A DNA stretch of 64,000 bases from Longimicrobiales bacterium. Lineage in GTDB: Bacteria > Gemmatimonadota > Gemmatimonadetes > Longimicrobiales > Gaopeijiaceae. Location: assembly GCA_965226375.1 (NCBI GenBank), contig CBDDCX010000008.1, forward strand, positions 1,952,001-2,016,000. Direction: 5' to 3'. The notes below the pieces were generated by a model. It made no database searches and was not told where the DNA came from. It saw nothing but the letters and a program-made list of their open reading frames with translations. Made by a program: the position numbers and the translations under genes. Positions 60,065-64,000 of this stretch are shown piece by piece; position 1 is the stretch's first letter; each line of letters starts with the position of its first letter.

Positions 60065-63050
60065 TCGGCGGCTCCCCTCCCGAAGCAAGATGCCGGTAGT
60101 GCATGATCGTATTGAACACGAGGCCGTACGAACCCAGTGTCTCGCTCCTCCAGAACGGGTTGAAGCTGAACATGATCACGTGCCCGTCACCGAGGGTCAC
60201 GTCGACGAGCGCCGGTGCACCGGCCAACGGCTCGCCATTCCGGAGCCCGCCGCTGATCAACAGATCTTCGACGTCGCGGCTGTAGCGCATAACGGTCCGT
60301 ACGCGGTTCGACGCAGCGGAGGAGGAGTCGCCGTCCTCCTCGTCCTCCTCGCCGGCCCTGAACGCTTCGACCCCCGCTTCGCCAAGGTCGCCGCGGCGAC
60401 CTTGGACCACATCGCTCTCGTCGGCCCCGCCCCGCCCCGTGCGACGCGTCGTGGTGCTCCCCGGTCCTCCGAGGTCCTCGGGCTCGGTGAAGCCGAAGCC
60501 ACCGCAGCCTCGCCGGCCACCGCTGCTGATCTGGAAGATGGGTGCAGTATTGAAGTAGACACCGAGATCGTCGCCGTACCCATAGGTGATCGGGCTCTCA
60601 GCGTCGGCCACCTGCGCCCGGAAGACGCCGCCCCGAGCCCACAGGTCAGGCGTGGTACGGATGCTCACGCCGCGTGCCAACCCAAAATGCGTGGGCAGCG
60701 ACGAGCTGGACGACAGCGCGACGAAGACACCGCCAGCCTCCACGAAGGTCTTGAGGTTGACGACGCCCGTAAGGCCCAGTCCGCCTCGCATGTCGTCGGT
60801 GGAGTCCTGTCGGCCGATGTTGGGGGTGAGCGACGACGCCTTCCATGGAATCGGCTCATCTCCGTCGAGGCCCTGAACGATGCTCAGCGCGTCCGCGCTG
60901 GAGGGACCGAACAGGATGACGTCGTAACGGTCCCTCAGGCTCGGATCGTCCCGTACGTCGTGCACCGAGATGTACTCGTAGGGGACGCCGAACTGGTCGA
61001 GGCCGAGCCGGAGCCAGCCTTCGCTCTGGGTGGTGGTCCACGTGTGCATCACGGCCACGCGAGGCGTCTCCACGTTGTGAGTCGCCACATCGGGCCGTGA
61101 ATCCACACCGTACGCGACGAAGCCGTGCTCCCGAGCGGCCATCTCGATCGCCCGGCGCAGGCGCTCGTTCTCCTCCGTCCGGATGATGAACGACCCGGCG
61201 TTGAAGTCCCTGTCGTCCGCCGTGAACCCACTCTCCGCGGCCTCGATGGAGATGTCGGGATTGGCGAATCGGAAGGCGGTGAGATTGTTGTCGGCGTTGT
61301 AGTTGATCAGGTAGTAGCCCGGAGACCGGTCGCCCTCCACTCCTCCGGAAGCACGGATGGTCGCCTCCGCCAGGGTCATGGGGACATCGAGGATGGACGT
61401 GTCCTCCACACGATCGGAAAGAACGTTGTACAGGGGCCCGTGCGTCCATCCCACATCATCGTAAGGCCGCGGGTCGTTGGGGTTGTAATACTGCTTGTCG
61501 AGCATCATGTCGGCCCCACGCGAGAAGGGCTGATCCATGCGCACCACATAAGACCCCTCGGCGTACTCGGCCTCTCCCACCGTGAAGTCGTCGTCAGCCC
61601 GGTGGATCTCGAAGCCGTGCTGCTGGAGGAGCGAGAGCAGCCGCGCCTGCTGCCCGGGGCGAGGATCGTCGGCCGGGAACACGTAGGCGGCCGGGCCTTC
61701 CGCGGTGGCCTTGGCCACGGAGCGCAGGGACTTCCGCCAGAAGTTCGAGACGAACTCTTCGCGATTGTCGGCCACTTCGTTGAGAGCGATCAGGATCGCG
61801 CTCTGTTGGAGATTGACGTTGTTGCGGATGGACCACACGACCTCGGACAGGGGCGTGTTGGGTCGGTGCCACTCCCGCTGAACTTGCGTCGTGATGACCC
61901 GAGTTTCTCCGCTCCCCGCGCCCTGGGTCTCGTAGAAGCGGCCCATGCCATTGTGGAGATGCGCCACGAACATCATGTAGTTTGGCGCCCAGCCGTCGTA
62001 GAAGTCGTGGGTGTAGACCCCGGGCACGCCCAGGGCGGTCATCTCCTCGACTTCCTTGTACGCCAGCCGATTCCACTCGTTGATCACGATCGGGTCGACC
62101 CACGCGTTGTACGGCCCCCGACCCGTGGAGGTGTAGAGGTGCGACGCCGACTCGTGAAGGTCGTGGAAGACGAGGGGACGATACTCCAGGAACGTCTTCA
62201 CGACCGACCGCGAGAGTGCCAGCGAGAGCCCCATACCGTCCCGGTTGTTGTCGTGGGCCACGTATTCACCCCAATAGAGGGGGCGGGTGGGCAGATTGGC
62301 GTCCGGGTCCTTGCGGGGGCCCATGTGCAGATCCACCACTTTGGCCCGGCCGTCCACCTCGATCACCGGTGTCGCCAGGAAAATCAGGTTGTCGCGGATG
62401 TCCCAGACGAACTCCGTGTCCTCCACCGCGAGGCGGTACACGAGCTCCATGAGCATCTCGGGAGAGCCCGTTTCCGGAGAGTGGATGGCTCCCGTGGCCC
62501 AATACATGGGAACGGTCGTCGAGATGAGTCGCTCGGCCTCCGCCTGAGTGGTGATGCGGGGATCTCCCAGCTTGCTGATGTCGGCCTTGTGCCGTTCCAG
62601 GTTGCGGATGTTCTCCTCGCTGGAGACCACCACGACGATCAGCTCCCTGCCCTCCTCGGTGCGCCCGATGGTGTGGACCTCCACCCGGGGTGAGGCGTCG
62701 GCCACCGCCCTCATGTACCGGTAGATCTCCTCCGGATAGCTGAGCACGTCCGCCGCCCCCGCGATGTGCCCCAGGACATCGAGCGGAGTGGGGACCGTCT
62801 CGGACGCCGGCAGGTGATCGACGTGAGGAGTCATGAAGAAGTCCTCGGTCGTGAATTCGAGGATCTTGGCCGTGTACTCCTCGTCGACCGGCTGCTGCGC
62901 CAGGGCATCGCCCGCGAGCACGTGAAACGTGAGGAGAACCCCGAGCACCACAAGCAGTGGACGCCTTAGGGGCAGGAGGTTGGAAGATATCCGGACCTGG
63001 TACAGGTTCTCCCCCTCAGGGCTCGACCGATATAGACTCGACGACAGCAT
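60054..63050 (-). CDS. M14-family zinc carboxypeptidase, secreted
   Basis: IHSPETGSPE, DNNRD, DLHES; AGGAG before ATG 63050; exact start uncertain. Confidence 0.85.
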   Translation of the reverse strand: MLSSSLYRSSPEGENLYQVRISSNLLPLRRPLLVVLGVLLTFHVLAGDALAQQPVDEEYTAKILEFTTEDFFMTPHVDHLPASETVPTPLDVLGHIAGAADVLSYPEEIYRYMRAVADASPRVEVHTIGRTEEGRELIVVVVSSEENIRNLERHKADISKLGDPRITTQAEAERLISTTVPMYWATGAIHSPETGSPEMLMELVYRLAVEDTEFVWDIRDNLIFLATPVIEVDGRAKVVDLHMGPRKDPDANLPTRPLYWGEYVAHDNNRDGMGLSLALSRSVVKTFLEYRPLVFHDLHESASHLYTSTGRGPYNAWVDPIVINEWNRLAYKEVEEMTALGVPGVYTHDFYDGWAPNYMMFVAHLHNGMGRFYETQGAGSGETRVITTQVQREWHRPNTPLSEVVWSIRNNVNLQQSAILIALNEVADNREEFVSNFWRKSLRSVAKATAEGPAAYVFPADDPRPGQQARLLSLLQQHGFEIHRADDDFTVGEAEYAEGSYVVRMDQPFSRGADMMLDKQYYNPNDPRPYDDVGWTHGPLYNVLSDRVEDTSILDVPMTLAEATIRASGGVEGDRSPGYYLINYNADNNLTAFRFANPDISIEAAESGFTADDRDFNAGSFIIRTEENERLRRAIEMAAREHGFVAYGVDSRPDVATHNVETPRVAVMHTWTTTQSEGWLRLGLDQFGVPYEYISVHDVRDDPSLRDRYDVILFGPSSADALSIVQGLDGDEPIPWKASSLTPNIGRQDSTDDMRGGLGLTGVVNLKTFVEAGGVFVALSSSSSLPTHFGLARGVSIRTTPDLWARGGVFRAQVADAESPITYGYGDDLGVYFNTAPIFQISSGGRRGCGGFGFTEPEDLGGPGSTTTRRTGRGGADESDVVQGRRGDLGEAGVEAFRAGEEDEEDGDSSSAASNRVRTVMRYSRDVEDLLISGGLRNGEPLAGAPALVDVTLGDGHVIMFSFNPFWRSETLGSYGLVFNTIMHYRHLASGGEPPITD

Positions 63051-63282
63051 TCTGGCTCCTCGGTGGGCGAGCCACGGCATCGATGGGCCATCCGAGGCCC
63101 GGCCGGTCTTCTCAGGGAGTGCCGAAGGCGCCTCCCGGGCTCGCAAGCTCGATAACGATAGCACCTGGAGCAGGAGGGGACACCAGCGTCCCGCACTCGC
63201 TCACGCTCACGGTCGGCGGTCGGCGGTCGGCGGTCGGGAGAAGTGGGGTGGCGGAGCCCAAGCGCCCGCCACCCCCAGACCT

Positions 63283-64000
63283 CTAGCGAATACTCGCGGT
63301 ACCCGTGGGCAGCGAGGCCAGGTTGCCCCCCAAGGAATACGTCGTGTGGTCCACGGCATCCGTCGGGATCGTGCCCACCAGGGGCTTGAGGGTGAACGGC
63401 GTGCTGGCGTCGTCCGGATCCGGCTCGATGGAGATGACCGCGGTGGCCCCGGCTAGATCGGTGGGGAACGTAAGGCCCGCCGGGGCGTTGACGAGATAGT
63501 CCTCTCCGGGAAACGGGGGACCGCCCATTGTCCCGCTGAACGGGTCACCGTCGTCGACTGCGTCCACGGCTGTGAAGGTACCCGACGTCACCGGCATACC
63601 ACCCGTCACCACCCATCCCTCATACTTCCAGCCGGCTGGCAACGTGGGCAGGGTCAGGCCGACAGCCGGCACACCCGACGCAAGGCTCAGAAACCAGATC
63701 CCACTATTCTCGTCGTTGTCGGCGCCGTTCGTCGGAGTCGCGAGAATGTAGTCGCCGGCAGCCGCGCCAAAGCCGTCCCCGAGCGCGGCGCCATGTCCAA
63801 CGGAGAGGCTCGCCGACAGGTTCGACACGCTGCCCGCCACGATGTGGGTGTCGGCCGGTACGGCATCCGTGTCGCCCGCCGGCTCGATGGTCAGGACGAT
63901 GTCGGTTGCGGCGGTAAGGTCCATCCCGGTCATAAAAGTACCACCGGGAATGCTCTCGCCTGTCATGGTCACGAGCCCGCCACCCGCGTCGATGTTGAAT
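63283..64000 (-). CDS. Secreted protein, RskA/anti-sigma-like domains (5' end beyond window)
   Basis: Two repeats of the pattern LTIEP..D / ISIEP..D, GWKYEGWV, PPFPGEDYL; frame open to the window edge. Confidence 0.55.
   Translation of the reverse strand, partial: FNIDAGGGLVTMTGESIPGGTFMTGMDLTAATDIVLTIEPAGDTDAVPADTHIVAGSVSNLSASLSVGHGAALGDGFGAAAGDYILATPTNGADNDENSGIWFLSLASGVPAVGLTLPTLPAGWKYEGWVVTGGMPVTSGTFTAVDAVDDGDPFSGTMGGPPFPGEDYLVNAPAGLTFPTDLAGATAVISIEPDPDDASTPFTLKPLVGTIPTDAVDHTTYSLGGNLASLPTGTASIR

Noticed and set aside
61125..62693. Long antisense ORFs (522 aa here; also 12405-13463, 13162-14202, 20980-22050)
   Set aside because: They overlap well-supported genes on the other strand and lack motifs; expected in high-GC DNA.
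63195..63240. GGTCGGC x3 microsatellite in an intergenic region
   Set aside because: Very short, with no further evidence of function.

Overview
GC-rich bacterial chromosomal window. The gene content (PadR + duplicated orphan ABC permeases, choice-of-anchor B protein, M14/M19 peptidases, TonB receptor) suggests Gemmatimonadota or a similar lineage; this is inference only. Recognisable loci: YcaQ-like glycosylase, sodium:solute symporter, a GAF-domain gene interrupted by an IS3-family element (second, intact copy 5 kb downstream), YchF-family ATPase, leuABCD with a Leu-codon attenuator, a mycobacterial Sdh1-type succinate dehydrogenase/fumarate reductase cluster, MIP channel, thrBC, a cobalamin-riboswitch-controlled TonB receptor/lipoprotein pair, a complete MoxR-DUF58-BatABCDE operon, transporters and peptidases, and an IS1595 fragment joined to a broken hisA-hisIE/hisD locus. 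About ten genes carry lesions (IS insertion, frameshifts, in-frame stops, tandem duplications, deletion junctions), which could reflect genome erosion or assembly error. I found no CRISPR array, rRNA or tRNA, and no unambiguous new multi-gene system. The best leads are the non-canonical IS ends, a stop-less leu leader fused in frame to leuA, a phased PadR operator array, and a sigma-54-linked pair of unknown genes. All family assignments come from motif recognition by eye, not database searches.
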